From assembly GCA_951406725.2 (NCBI GenBank), contig OX597814.1:159774001-159838000 (forward strand): a stretch of DNA of 64,000 nucleotides, in the 5' to 3' direction. Numbering within the stretch: the stretch's first letter is position 1; each line of letters starts with the position of its first letter. This DNA is from Octopus vulgaris (lineage: Eukaryota). Positions 48,296 through 62,814 of the stretch are shown one piece after another. The notes below the pieces were generated by a model. That model did not search any database. It was not told the origin of the DNA and saw only the letters and a list, made by a program, of their open reading frames with translations. The translations under genes and the position numbers were made by a program.

Positions 48296-50394
48296 GTAAT
48301 TTAAATATTTTTTTCCTTTCTCTGTTTCCGTTAATTAAGTTCTGCTAGGTAACATTTTAAAGTAAGCCTTGACCTAATCGTTGAAATATCCTATCGGTAT
48401 ATTTCTAGTTATAAATGGATCCTTTTCAACTGAATCTTAGACTATGCATTGGAAATAGAAGTATAGGATATATAATTATTTAGTGATCGCAAGGCTTCTG
48501 CTTTTATAAGCGATGTGACATAAGTAACATGAACTGAAGTTGTTTACTATTCAGGTTCGAAGTTGATTCACGGTCTATATATTATCTGGGATTTATATTC
48601 TGTCTTTCTTTAATATTCATTATATTCTTTATAAGACCACCAGGCTTCAGATTTTATGTGACTAGAGAAAGTTGTGATCTTCATGTCTTTCCCTATACAA
48701 TTTTGTGCGAGTGAAATTATGAGTTCTGTCCAGAGTCGAAACCGAGTGGAAAACACGCTTGGAAATGTTTTCTCTCAAAACATATTTCTTTCACTACAAA
48801 ACATATTTCTTCAATCTCAAGTATTCTTAACACTGATAATTTAATCCCTAATATTTTCTTTAAACACCACACTTAACCCTATTATTTCTGACGATTAAAA
48901 CAGTGGAAATTATCACACCCAACATTTAACATTTATTAGTGGGTCACCCTTCAGATTATGGTCTTTAGACTCACGAGAAAATACAAACAAGCCAAAATAA
49001 CAAAAGAATAAAATACCGAGCACGAACCAAATTTCAAATATTACATATGCAATCATTTCTCTTTAATTTTCAAATACTTATTTACAAAGATTAGTATTGT
49101 TTGATCAAGTGCATAACTGATTCCACAGGAATCTCTACTATACTGGATTAAAGAATACTACCCTTGTTAAATATATATCTGTAGTAATTACATATTTTAT
49201 TCTTAAAAATAAAAATCATTGTTAAATATACATAACTGAAGCATTATCGTTTGTTTCTTTTGAAAATTTAATGACTTTCGTAATTGTTGTATTCTATTGC
49301 TCTGGTTTCTGTATTACTTTTGGGGTTAACGGCCATAATACGAAGGGTCACTGATTAATGATTATATGGCAATGAAATCTCATTAACAGCATTCAGAAAA
49401 TAGCTATTACATAATTAAATAGCAATCCATCAACATTTTTGTCGTATGATGCAATTCTTCGGATTCCTTCACATTCCGCGAATAATCGAAACACTGTTTT
49501 TGCCATACAGTGATAGCCAATAATTGAAGCTGTTTAACAACTCATTAGACCTATGATCAATAGCTTTTTTTTTTTCAGACGAGGCTATCTCAGGCTACAT
49601 AACTCAATATGTCCTTCCATTTTTGAAAAAACAGTAGGGTGTGATTTCAGAAAAATTGAGCTGCTATTTTTAACAGCTCATTGTCTGGAGGCGGTGGGTA
49701 AAGAGACACTATTGATAAGAATGACGCACAGATAGGATCCCGAAATCCAACTTTCAGTAACACAACATTACTCCTAATTCTAAAATTTCTAACTGGTACA
49801 AAACCACATGTATGTGTATATGTGGGGTGAGAGATGAGTTAATTAGATCAGCTTCGGTACTCGACTGGTACCTGTTTTATCACTCCCAAAAGTATAAAAA
49901 ACAAAACTGACTGCAGAGGAATTTGAGCTCAGAACGTAAACGCTGTTACTAAATGTTGTAAGGCATTTTATTGCACATCATGAAATTTTCTTGCTCTGCC
50001 TTTCAGTTTAATATGTATCAGTGGTGTTGTTGTTTAATCCCAGGTCAACTCTGGTCAGAGTTTTCTCAGAGAGCAGACATATTGTATTTTGAGATTGACT
50101 TCCTGGAAATATATGGCACACTGTACAAGCAGGCTTGACCATTGTCTTTTCCAAGGCATGAAACTAATAGCAGCTTGAATTAAAATTTTGTGTATCTTAA
50201 ATGGTGTTATACACACACACACACACATTACCATCATCATCATCCTTTTGACATCTGCTTTTCCATCTTTGACCAGATAGTTTTTCTGTAACCAATCCTC
50301 ATCTGTTATCAAGATAGTAATATTTCTCTATGCCCTGACATGTTTGTGTGAAACACTGGAAATGAGTGATACCACTTGTATGGCAATGACACAC

Positions 50395-50712
50395 CATCAT
50401 TGGTTAACATCTGCTTTCCATACTTGCATGGGTTGGACGATTTGACTGAGGTCTGGCAAACCAGATGGCTGCACCAGGATCCAATCTTATCTGGCAGAGT
50501 TTCTACAGCTGGATGCCCTTCCTAATGCCAACCACTTCGAGAGTGCAGTGGGTGCTTTTATGTACCACTAGCACAGGGGCCAATCAAGCGGCACTGGCAA
50601 TGGCCATGCTAAAATGGTGCTTTTTATATGCTACCTACACAGGAGCCAGTCCAGTGACACTGGCAACAGCCTTGCTCGAATGTTTTTACATGTGCCACCA
50701 GCACAAGTGCCA
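50395..50712 (-). mobile_element. 3'UTR fragment of an RTE-like LINE family (ggtgctttttacgtgccac subrepeats)
   Basis: Homologous to 61351-61830. Confidence 0.75.
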
Positions 50713-50912
50713 ATGCAATATGAACACAAGGATCCACAAACACATGCGTTATACATGCATACATAGGTACATACATATGTGAATAGACTCATAAGGTCCA
50801 GTTGTAGGAGAGAACACTTTCCCTAGTTGTGATGCAGGAGGAAACAGAGACTGAAACCATGTTGGTGGGAAGCAAGCTTCTTAACCACAACCATGCCTGC
50901 ATGTGTGTGTGC

Positions 50913-50950
<38 letters not shown>

Positions 50951-50959
50951 ATGTATATA

Positions 50960-51010
<51 letters not shown>

Positions 51011-51057
51011 ATGTATATATATGTGTGTGTGTGTGTATGTATATATATGTGTATGTG

Positions 51058-51095
<38 letters not shown>

Positions 51096-51096
<1 letters not shown>

Positions 51097-51324
51097 CTTT
51101 ACTACCCACAAGGGGCTAAACACAGAGGGGACAAACAAGGACAGACAAAGGGATTAAGTCGATTACATCGACTCCAGTGCGTAACTGGTACTTAATTTAT
51201 CGACCCCGAAAGGATGAAAGGCAAAGTCGACCTCGGCGGAATTTGAACTCGGAACATAACGACAAATGAAATACGGCTACGAATTTCGCCCAGCGTGCTA
51301 ACGTTTCTACCAGCTCGCTGCCTT
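51096..51324 (-). mobile_element. Abundant SINE copy (CpG intact)
   Basis: Reverse complement of the consensus. Confidence 0.85.
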
Positions 51325-51337
51325 TTATATATATATA

Positions 51338-51922
<585 letters not shown>

Positions 51923-51923
51923 G

Positions 51924-51956
<33 letters not shown>

Positions 51957-51962
51957 GTATAC

Positions 51963-51996
<34 letters not shown>

Positions 51997-52001
51997 GTGT
52001 G

Positions 52002-52089
<88 letters not shown>

Positions 52090-52099
52090 CATTATAGAT

Positions 52100-52530
52100 A
52101 TAGGGTAAAAAATTATTAATTTAATAATTAATAAATTTTACCAAGTAGTTTCAGTATGGAAAAGAACCATATTTGGTGAAAACTTATACAAAAGATTTTC
52201 TTATATATATATAAATATAATTAAGGGTTTAGCAACAAGTTGCTTCACCACATACCGAAAATTTAGAAATAGTAGCCAAAAGACCATTATTTCTTTTCAC
52301 TACAAAATATTGACAAAGGAAATGAATTTTTATAATTCTAATCCAGAAACATGTCTATAATTAATCAAAGACTGTTTGATTTCATTATTTTCCTTTTTTT
52401 TACCTATGTGAGTTACTGGTATTGTTATCTGTGGAGTCATAATTTGTAGCCAAAAGAAATAATGGTCTATTGGCCGCTATTTCTAAATTTTCAGTATGTG
52501 GTAAAGCAACTTCTTGCTAAACTCTTAATT
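52100..52530. repeat. Fold-back of the same family as 7095-7377 (arms ~52219-52307 / 52441-52530)
   Basis: Shared ttaagggtttagcaacaa..tgc.tcaccaca.accgaa..ttagaaatag sequence. Confidence 0.75.
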
Positions 52531-52537
52531 ATTGTTA

Positions 52538-52584
<47 letters not shown>

Positions 52585-52864
52585 GAAAAATACAAACTGG
52601 GACAAGAACATAAAACATTTAGAAGACGATACAAAAAACACGGACGGGACATACAAAGCCTTCAATCTTCAGTCAAGAACCGGATCATCCTAGCAATTTC
52701 GGCTGATTAATCTTGAGATCGTTCTGATCCGGCCAGCCCCAAGGAAAAACTAAGCTACGAGCATTAGATTTCTTGGAAGAAGGATCGAATGTATACGAAA
52801 CAAGGACAGAAAAAACGTACGATGCCACACGAATATAAAATACAAAATATACATATACATATAT

Positions 52865-52908
<44 letters not shown>

Positions 52909-53093
52909 GTACATATATATATGTATATATATATATGCATATATATATACATATATATATATGTATATATATATATGCATATATTTATGTATATATATAT
53001 CTGTGTATGTATATATATATATGCATATGTATATGTATATCTATGTATGTATATATATATGTGTGTGTGTGTATATATATCTATGTGTATATA

Positions 53094-53164
<71 letters not shown>

Positions 53165-53225
53165 ATGTGTGTATATATATATATATCTATCTATATATAT
53201 GTATATATATATCTATGTGTATATA

Positions 53226-53257
<32 letters not shown>

Positions 53258-53357
53258 CACACACAAATATAAAGACAAATATGGTCTTTTCCATACCGAC
53301 AAATCTACTAGGTGAAATTGATTAATTTTATTAAATTAATTACATTCCACCCTTTAT

Positions 53358-53394
<37 letters not shown>

Positions 53395-53400
<6 letters not shown>

Positions 53401-54290
53401 AGAATTCACAAAAAAAGATGAAGACAGGTGGTGTAGACAACAAACAGATGTATTAGTATAACGCTCAGGAAGTGAAAAAGTCTTGAACGTCTCAAGCTTA
53501 TATTCTTCCACAGAAAGAAACAAGGAGAGAAAATAAAGAATATGTAGTGGCTAGCTATCTATCATGGCGAATGCTGGACAGAAGGGTCACACAGGAGAGC
53601 TCGAGAGAAGGGGAGATAATAAAGTAGTGGTGATCCCAAAATGAAGATGCGCGTGCATGTGTATAAGAGAGTTTGTATGTGCATGTGGAAGAGGGCTGGT
53701 TGCCTTGACGCATGCATTTGTGTATGTGTAGGTGTGAAAATGTGGGCTTGGGAAGTGGTCAGTGCTGATGTGTGTGTGGTGGTTTGATGTGATGTGATGT
53801 GTTGTGTGGTGTTGGGAGGTGGGTAAAGCAAGGGTGGTGTGTGGGTTAGGCTGATGGTGGGGGTAGAGGTGGGGTATGTGAGTAGGTGGAGGGTGGGTGG
53901 GGAAGGTGAGGGTAGAATGTGTAGGGATGGGGTGGGCTTACAAGGGAGGAGTGATGATGAAGGGGAGAAGGAGAAGGTGGATAGGAGTGAAGAGAAGTAG
54001 ATGGAGCTAGAGAAGAGAGGTGGGTGGGAGGAAGTAGGTGTGAGGGGGAGAGAGGTGAGTGGAGGAGGTTAGATGAAGAGGGGAGGAGAGTTGAGCCCAT
54101 GTGGCACAAAGGAACAAAGATGGCCCCTGTGCAAGGACAATCCGAACATGGACTGGTGTTGCAAAGAGTGACCGGTAGATCGGAAATGGCACAAGACCGG
54201 AGTGTCATTGCCGAGTCAGATGTCTCGGAACTGGTCAGCCAAGTGGTGTTCCATTTGCCTGATGTATAGAGAAGGGCAAAGAGAGCAGGA
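53395..54290 (-). mobile_element. Penelope-like element 3' part: GIY-YIG endonuclease remnant, low-complexity 3'UTR and pLTR
   Basis: Minus strand SCSLCPSLYI.Q...LAD...NDTPV..HFRSTGHS...VPHGLNSPPLFI* (stop at 54069-54071). Confidence 0.75.
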
Positions 54291-54685
54291 GTGTGCTTCT
54301 TTTCCCGATTTATGTTCTACCAACAATCCGATATATATGTGTATGTGTATAATTTCAGTGATTTCTTTTTTTTCTAATCAATGAGAGCAAGGGCTTTGTC
54401 TATAGCCTGATCAGGCCATCTTTATCTGGTGGAATTAATATAGTTGATATTTAACTTAAACAGCTGCTACCCAAGCTCTGAAGGAAAAATATGCAGGAGA
54501 GAATTACAGAGGGTTGATGTTCTTGGAATAGGAATAAGATTTGGTTAGAGTGGTGTGAACATAGACGATAGAGATGTATGATGTAAATACAGGTAGTTTT
54601 ATATGGATATAGAACTATAGCCATCACCACCGTTTTTAGTTTGTTTTTCCATGTTATCATAAATTGGAGGAGTTTTCAGAAGCAG

Positions 54686-54751
<66 letters not shown>

Positions 54752-55223
54752 GTCAACTCTTTTAGATGCCTTTTACTATATGCAAGGACACAATGTACCT
54801 ATTCTAAAATAGGTACATGCACAGTAAGATTTAAATAGAGAGAGATTTTGAATATGGTGTTATTGAAAAGAGACTGCAAAGAAGTAGTTATATGTCTGCT
54901 TTTATTAACTCTTTTACAGCCAGATTTCTAATGAAGTACACTACCTATTTGTTTCATTTAATATTGAAAACTATCAGGAATTTAGAGAGATGTACTAAAA
55001 TATCTAACTTTTTCTTTATTAAACTAATGTTTAACCCCTTATTTTTCCTGTTATTCTGACAACTATATTGCTTGTTTATTCATATTGTTTTGAATCATTC
55101 ATGCATTACCTTGTTGCTCTGAGAGTTTGATAATGTGATTGCTTATTCTTAGAATAACATTGTAGTGTAGGTGTGATATGCCAGATCTGGCCTGTTTGAA
55201 CATTAAACAGGTAGAATATTTGG

Positions 55224-55548
55224 GCTGGCACGTAAAAAGCACCATCTGAATGTGGCTGATGCCAGCGCCGCCTTGGCTGGCTTCTGTGCCTGTGGCACAT
55301 AAAAAGCACCAACCAATTGTGGCCATTGCCAGCCTCCTCTGGCCCCTGTGCCAGTGGTATGTAAAAAGCACCCACTATACTCATGGAGTGGTTGGCGTTA
55401 GGAAGGGCATCCAGCTGTAGAAACACTGCCAGATCTGACTGGAGCCTGATGCAGCCTCCTGGCTTCCCAGACCCCAGTCAAACTGTCCAACCCATGCTAG
55501 CATGGAAAACAGATGTTAAATGATGATGATGATGATGATGATGATGAT
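55224..55548 (+). mobile_element. RTE-like LINE 3'UTR fragment with (GAT)n tail
   Basis: ggcacgtaaaaagcacc subrepeats; ends gttaaatgatgatgat. Confidence 0.8.
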
Positions 55549-55783
55549 ATGGCCAGTTTAAATGCTAAAGGGTTAAAATATATCTTAACAAAATTCTTAT
55601 ATAAAACTTTAATAGAAAGTTTTAAATTAAATATGACCAGGAATTTACGTATCTTAGTAATGAACAGCCACAGGTGGGGTGATATCAGAAAGATTAAACT
55701 TTTTAATATTTCGTTATTATAAACTGAAGTCACTCATTTTTGCACTTCATGTCTTTATGTTTCTCTCATTTCTGATATTGCAG

Positions 55784-55942
55784 AATAATTGTTCAAGTAT
55801 GTCACAGTGTTTTAGATTGCTCAGTCACTTATCCTTCTCGGACAATCCGCTTCCTCTATGCATCCTTTGACCGTACTGGAGAACAATTTATTGCTGCTGA
55901 CCATCATGGAAATATTTTTGCTTTCAACTTAAATACAAACTG
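55784..55942 (+). CDS. TBC1D31: TBC1D31 coding exon 2: IIVQVCHSV...IRFLYASFDRTGEQFIAADHHGNIFAFNLNTN
   Basis: ttgcag| acceptor and TG|gtgaga donor, phase-compatible with exon 1. Matches the recalled IIVNIIH...LRFLNVAFDGTGDCLIAGDHQGNIYVFDLHGN WD40 start. No further exon recognised in the window. Confidence 0.9.
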
Positions 55943-56844
55943 GTGAGATATTTTTCTTTTTTCTTTTTCTCATATATATGTATGTGTGTGTGTGTGTGCC
56001 CATCCAACCCATGCCAGCATGGAGAACAGATGTTAAAAAAATGGTGATGGTATATATTAATGTTTTTTCATGTCAAGTTACATATAAAAACTATTAACAT
56101 TAAACTAAAGAATTACACAATACTTTTGTGTAGAGTACATGTTTATTAAACTTTTGCTAAAAGAGGAGTGACATTAACTTGAGTGTCAGTCTGCTGGCCT
56201 TCATTTCATTGGTGTGTGTGTGTGTTTATAATTTATTCATTTTATGAATTGTGACTAATTAATTTTGAAAGGGTTTTCTGTAATTAACAATTTTCCTTTT
56301 TACTATATGAATAGTAAAATTTATTCAAAACATGCACACTGTAAAAACAGCAATATCAAAATAAAACAAAGACACTCCCTACTCTCTGTTAAATAACTTG
56401 TCAACATCCTACAGATAAGATGACAAACCACTTCATCAGTCACTTTATCTCATGGGGTTCTTTTCTAAGCCATAATGTTTTCATCCCAATTTAATGGAAT
56501 AAAATGTCAGTTGAAGGATTGAGGACTGTCAAAGTCTTTCCATCTATTGGTGCCAAAAAAGATTCTGTCCAGTTATCTGAACAGATTCTTAACTGAACAG
56601 ATTCTGATGTTCAGTTATCTTCTGCTCCTCTGCTTTGTTTAGTGCTGCTCCTGGATTTTATAGCTGGTGTGACAAGGTTAGCACTGGAGAATATATCATA
56701 ACCCATGGTATCCCAGAGAATAAATACCCCTCTTCCCTTTAAAAGGAAAGTGTATCCTGTTTAGATGCCTACCATTCAAGTGTTTGAGGTGAACAGGCTC
56801 CTGTTATGATGGGAAACTGACAGCATTGCAGCACCTTTTAATAT

Positions 56845-57069
56845 CAATTTCAAATTTTGGCACAAGGTCAGTAAGTTTGTGGGTGGGGGAAAGTCAATTA
56901 CATTGACTCCAGTGCTCAACTGGTACTTATTTTATCAATGCTGAAATGATGAAAGGTAAATTTGACCTTGGCAGAATTTGAACTCAGAATGTAAGGGCAG
57001 ACAAAATGCTGAAAATACTGCTAAGCATTTTACCAGGCATGCTAATGACTCTGCCAGCTCACCACCTTA
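56845..57069 (-). mobile_element. Abundant SINE copy (CpG-depleted)
   Basis: Consensus match with CpG to TpG/CpA changes. Confidence 0.85.
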
Positions 57070-57701
57070 AGGTACCTTTTAATATCATTCAGTGCAGTAC
57101 GGTGGAATAAAGACAGCAGACACAGTCCAAACTTGTTGACAGTCTCCACATCATTATTTATATGGCTTACCATGCATAGTCTGCAGTACAGGCCAACTTT
57201 GATACGCATAAACTCATTACCATAAAGGAAGTTGGTTAATGAAAGGTATATTACATTGAGCTACACACCACTTCTTGGTTGCAAAACTGTTCTGAGGCAA
57301 GTGAAGCTGTGTTGGTCAAAGGATGAGTGGATTTTCATGCAAGTGGAATTATATTTAATATTGCATTGTTTGGCTGTACCCTAGGGTATGTTGACCTCAC
57401 CAAGAATCAGATAGATTGCACTGTCTCATACTCAAAGTCTTACATAAGGCTACAAAAGTCTCATGGATAAGTGCACAGCTGGAGGTGACAGAGGGAAAAC
57501 GGATCAGCAATATGCAGTGGGTTGTTGAGCTAAAGTAGCTGAACTTCACAGGAAATTTCTCTTGCTGTCTCCGGTGTTATCAAATGTAATATTGCACGAA
57601 AATTCTGCACATAAACAAATAATAGCATTGAGTTTCTTGAGATATTTTAAATGGAGATAGCACAGTATGCTGCACAGTTAAAAGTTGAATTTAGGAAGGT
57701 A

Positions 57702-58215
57702 GTGTTTCTACAGCTGGATGCCCTTCCTAATGCTAACCACTCCGTGAGTGTAGTGGGTGCTTTTTACATGCCACCAGCACAGGGGCCAGAGGAGGCTGGC
57801 AACGGCCACGATCGGTTGGTGCTTTTTTATGTGCCACCGGCATAGAAGCCAGTCAAGGCGGTGCTGACATCGGCCATGTTCAGATGGTGCTTTTTACGTG
57901 CCACTGGCACAGGTATCACAACTACAATTTCCATTTGATTTTTATTTTGATGTTGATGTACTTGACTCAATAAGTTTCCTCAAGCACAGCAGGTCGCCCT
58001 ATGATCCAAGGTAAGCACAGCAGGTCATCCTACAATCCAAGGTACTTTGAATGGGCTGGGGCTGGTGTAGGATACGCTGTGGACTCACTTTATTTGTCAG
58101 GTCTTCGCAGTCACAGCATATCTCTAGAGGTCTAGGTCTTTATTTATTGCCTCTGTAAGGCCCAACGTTTGAAGGTCATGCTTGACCACCTCATCCCATG
58201 TCTTCCTGGGTCTAC
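57702..58215 (-). mobile_element. RTE-like LINE 3' fragment (ORF end plus 3'UTR)
   Basis: Minus strand RPRKTWDEVVKHDLQTLGLTEA, plus the subrepeat UTR. Confidence 0.8.
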
Positions 58216-58358
58216 TCACTTGTCTTTCACTATTCATGCCCGCATTATATATCCAGTGGGGCATGCTCTTTCTAGCTATTTTTGATCAATTAACATAAGA
58301 ATAAGCAAATTAGCTAGTTAGCAAATCTCTGTAAGAGATGAAAGAAGACTATACTGAA

Positions 58359-58571
58359 AAGTAATGCTTATTGCCACTTCAACATGGCTGTCCCTCAGGA
58401 ACCGATGTTACTACTGTTTTTAACCCCAGGGGAATGCCTCCTCCAGCTGGTTATTGACGCAATCAGATTGCAACGGTAACAAGCTGGAGGAAGCATTCTC
58501 CTGGGGTTAAAAACAGTAGTAACATCAGTTCCAATGGAACAAGCATGTTGAAGTAACAATAAACATTACTT
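58359..58571. mobile_element. Fold-back/MITE-like element (~100-bp arms)
   Basis: gatgttactactgtttttaaccccagg..ctccagct pairs with agctggagg..cctggggttaaaaacagtagtaacatc. Confidence 0.8.
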
Positions 58572-59789
58572 AACATAAAATATTTCTGCATTTGTTTTTG
58601 TGTTATATGCAGCAAAGATAGGGGTAACACACATCTTACGATGTGTTGCTACTGGGATGCAAGCCAGGATGTCATTGACCTCAGCTGGCTCAACTAAGCT
58701 AAGGGGTCTGATGCTGAAAGACCCCAAATTCCTTATAAACCCAGGAACATCACTATTGAAGTGCCCCAGAGTATCTGAGAGTTGTATCTTGAAACCTTAG
58801 TGCTACATTTTATTAGAAATTTTATTTTATGTTTTATTACTAACTATATGAAATTTAAATATTCTTGAATGCTTTTCCATATCAGATTAAGTGTATAGAA
58901 ATTAAACTATTAAAACTAAATATAGTGTTCTTGAACCCAAATTACTAAATTGGCATGCTGCAAAGATAATTATCTTCAAATAGAATTTCACATTCCAGTA
59001 TAGACATTCCATATAAGATAACTAATTATCGAATTTATATAGACAGACCAAACTGTAATTAAACAATTGCACTTTACATTCCAATTAAAGCCATCTAAAA
59101 ATATAAAGTTAGTTATATCAAAGAATTTAAGAAATGACTGTGTAAAACAACAGCTTCCAAAAAACAGCTGTTACTTTTTCTCTGTCACATATTTGTGCTT
59201 ATTAAGGAGTGATAATGTAAGCGAAAGTCAGTATGAGTCTAATAATTGAAAAATTTAAATAGTTATATGTTTTATCAACTAATCCATTAGACAGGAGGCA
59301 ATTTTTCCTGCCTGTTGCATAAGAATTACTGACAACGACGACAATGATGATATGTGTGTGAATCAACTTGTAAAAATAAGTAGTGTTCTCATGAGCCCCT
59401 ATTACAAAGGCAGGTATCCTGCAAAGGTAATTGTTGTGGTTGCCAGTCCCCCTTCTTATCTCTTGAAGGGAATGTCCCCCAGTGCAAGTTGTATGTAAAA
59501 TAATATAATATATGTATATGTATGTGTGTGTGTGTATATATATGTATGTCTGTATATATATTTATATATATGCATGTGTATATATATGCGTGTGTATATA
59601 TGTATACTTACAGTGTTTAATAAAATGAAATAGCATGAAACAATTGTACTACTCTACCTCGGATATACTTGTTGCTTATTTTGATTATAATCACCCCATA
59701 TATGGATAATACCATACAAAATTCTGGTGCCTTTGACTTAAGTACCATATTCATCTGAATCTAAATTTTGCTGAACTTATATGTGTGTG

Positions 59790-59842
<53 letters not shown>

Positions 59843-59867
59843 ATGTATGTATGTATGTGTATACACA

Positions 59868-59907
<40 letters not shown>

Positions 59908-60009
59908 CATCATCGTTTAATGTAGTAAACGGAAGTTAAACTATGATGATGATGTTTATATATATATGCATATATATGCATATATATATACATGCATTTT
60001 TTTTTCTTT

Positions 60010-60217
60010 TATTCTTTTATTTGTTTCAGTCATTTGACTGTGGCCATGCTGGAGCACCACCTTTAGTCGAGCAAATCGACCCCAGGACTTATTCTTTGTA
60101 AGCCTAGTACTTATTCTATCGGCCTCTTTTGCCGAACCGCTAAGTTACGGGGACATAAACACACCAGCATCAGTTGTCAAGCAATGTTGGGGGACAAACA
60201 CAGACACACAAACATAT

Positions 60218-60299
<82 letters not shown>

Positions 60300-60469
60300 C
60301 ATATATACGACGGGCTTCTTTCAGTTTCCGTTTACCAAATCCACTCACAAGGCTTTGGTTGGCCCAAGGCTATAGTAGAAGACACTTGCCCAAGGTGCCA
60401 CGCAGTGGGACTGAACCTGGAACCATGTGATTCGTAAGCAAGCTACTTACCACACAGCCACTCCTATGC
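60010..60469 (-). mobile_element. CORE-like tRNA-SINE with internal (TA)n expansion
   Basis: Minus-strand head gcataggagtggctgtgtggtaag..ggttcagtccc..gcaccttgggcaagtgtctt; 3' end gactgaaacaaataaaagaataaaag. Confidence 0.8.
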
Positions 60470-60769
60470 ATATATACATGCATATATACACATGCATATA
60501 TATATATGCATGTGTATATATATGCATGTATATATATGTGTGTATATATATATATGTGTGTATATATATATGTATGTATATATGTGTATATATGTATGTA
60601 TATATATATATATATGTGTGTATATATATATGTATGTATATATGTGTATATATTATATGTGTGTATATATATGTGTGTGTGTGTGTATATATATATGTGT
60701 GTGTGTGTGTATATATATGTGTGTGTGTGTGTGTGTATATATGTATATGTTTGTATATATATATATATG

Positions 60770-61106
60770 TTTCTGTGCCGGTGGCACGTAAAAAGCACCA
60801 TCCGAACGTGGCCGATGCCAGCGCCACCTTGACTGGCTTCCATGCCGGTGGCATGTTAAAAGCACCAACCAATCGTGGCCACTGCCAGACTCCCCTGGCA
60901 CCTGTGCCGGTGGCATGTAAAAAGCACCCACTACACTCGCGGAGTGGTTGGCGTTAGGAAGGGCATCCAGCTGTAGAAACACTGCCAGATCTGACTGGAG
61001 CCTGGTGCAGCCTCCTGGCTTCCCAGACCCCGGTCAAACCATCCAACCCGTGCTAGCGCGGAAAATGGACGTTAAACGATGATGATGGTAATGATGATGA
61101 TGATGA
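60770..61106 (+). mobile_element. RTE-like LINE 3'UTR fragment with (GAT)n tail
   Basis: Same family as 55224-55548. Confidence 0.8.
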
Positions 61107-61350
61107 TATATATATGCCAGAAGGTTTGCAAATCCAACGGAGGCCTCAAAAGACATGTTGAGATCCACAAACAGCAGAGCTTATCTGCAGGTTTTGGTGG
61201 TCCAAATCAGAGATGCAATCTATGTAGGTGTCTTTTCAGAACATTGTCTGGTTTAAAAAGCTAGCTCAGACGCCATGATGATGCTAAGGTTTAGGTACAG
61301 GAGGTGGTCAAACTCTGTATAAGGAGTAGACAACCACCATATATATATAT

Positions 61351-62342
61351 ATCATTATCATCATTGTTTAACGTCCGCTTTCCATGCTGGCATGGGTTGG
61401 ACGGTTTGACTGGGGACTGGTGAGCCAGATGGCTGCCCCAGGTTTCTGATCTGGCAGAGTTTCTACAGCTGGATGCCCTTCCTAATGCCAACCACTCCGG
61501 GTGTGTAGTGGGTGCTTTTACATGCCACCGGCACGAATGCCAGTCAGGCGGTACTGGCAACGGCCACACTCATATGGTGTTTTTACATGTCACCTGCACA
61601 GGAGCCAGTCCAGTGGCACTGGCAATGCCCTCGCTCGAATGTTGTTTTTCACAATGTTGTTTTTCACATACCACCTGCACAAGTGCTTGTAAGACGACGC
61701 TGGTAATGATCATACTCGAATGGTGCTTTTTACGTGCCACTGGCATAGGGGCCAGTCAGTGGCCCTGGCAATGATCACGCTCGGATGGTGCTCTTAGCAC
61801 TCCACTAACATGGATGCCAGTCATGCGCTGCTGTCATCGAATTTGATTTCGATTTCACTTGCCTCAACAGGTCTTCACAAGCAGAGTTTTGTGTCCAATG
61901 AAAGAAGGGTACGCCTAAGTGGGCTGGTTAAACCACTGGCATAGACCACGGGTTATGGTCTCACTTGGCTTGCCGGGTCTTCTCAAGCACAGCATATTTC
62001 CAAAGGTCTTGGTCACTAGTTATTGCCTTGGTGAGGCCTAATATTTGAAGGTTGTGCTTCACCACATCATCCCAGGTCTTCCTGGGTCTACCTCTTCCAC
62101 AGTTTCCCTCACCCGCTTGGGTGTGACACTTTTTCACACAGCTATCCTCATCCATTCTTGCCACATGACCATACCAGTGCAGTCATCTCTCTTGCACACT
62201 ACATCTGATGCTTCTTAGGTCCAACTTTTCTCTCAAGGCACTTACACTCTGTCGAGTATGCACACTGACATTACACATCCAGCATTGCATACTGGCTTCA
62301 TTTCTTGCAAGCTTACGCATGTCTTCAACTGTCATGGCCCAT
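61351..62342 (-). mobile_element. 5'-truncated RTE-like LINE (RT C-terminus plus subrepeat 3'UTR)
   Basis: WAMTVEDMRKLARNEASM..WMCNV...LHWYGHVARMDEDSCVKKC...RGRPRKTW. Confidence 0.85.
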
Positions 62343-62761
62343 GTGTTTTCCTCTCTCCTTGTCTTGATATGTGCTAGTTGTAAACAAATGTCACTGTCAT
62401 GCAAACAGTGTCATTAAATTTTGGTCTTTTGTGAAAAACATGTTTGGTCTTGAGGTAAGGGCATCTTCTTACTGCAGAGACTCTGCCTCTACAAATTCCA
62501 TCCAACCCATACTAGTAATAGAAGTTAAATCTCCTTCAAATCACATCGTACCATTTTTTTAAAAAAGTGAAAGACACATTAAATAAATAAGTTATAGTTA
62601 CACTGTATCTGTGAAATATTAAACAAAAATGTAGATTTGATGCCAATTGCTGGAATACCTTTGACTGTAGATTTGCTGAATTAGAGTTGGATTGGTGTTA
62701 AATAGCACCTATGTTGAATTTATGGTCACATTGGAATAAAATCACTTCTTATCACATATTG

Positions 62762-62793
<32 letters not shown>

Positions 62794-62814
62794 GGTACTG
62801 CTGCTGCTGCTGCA

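Noticed and set aside
61500-61830. CRISPR array
   Set aside because: Eukaryotic context, degenerate repeats, spacers related to each other, no cas genes; it is part of a LINE 3'UTR.
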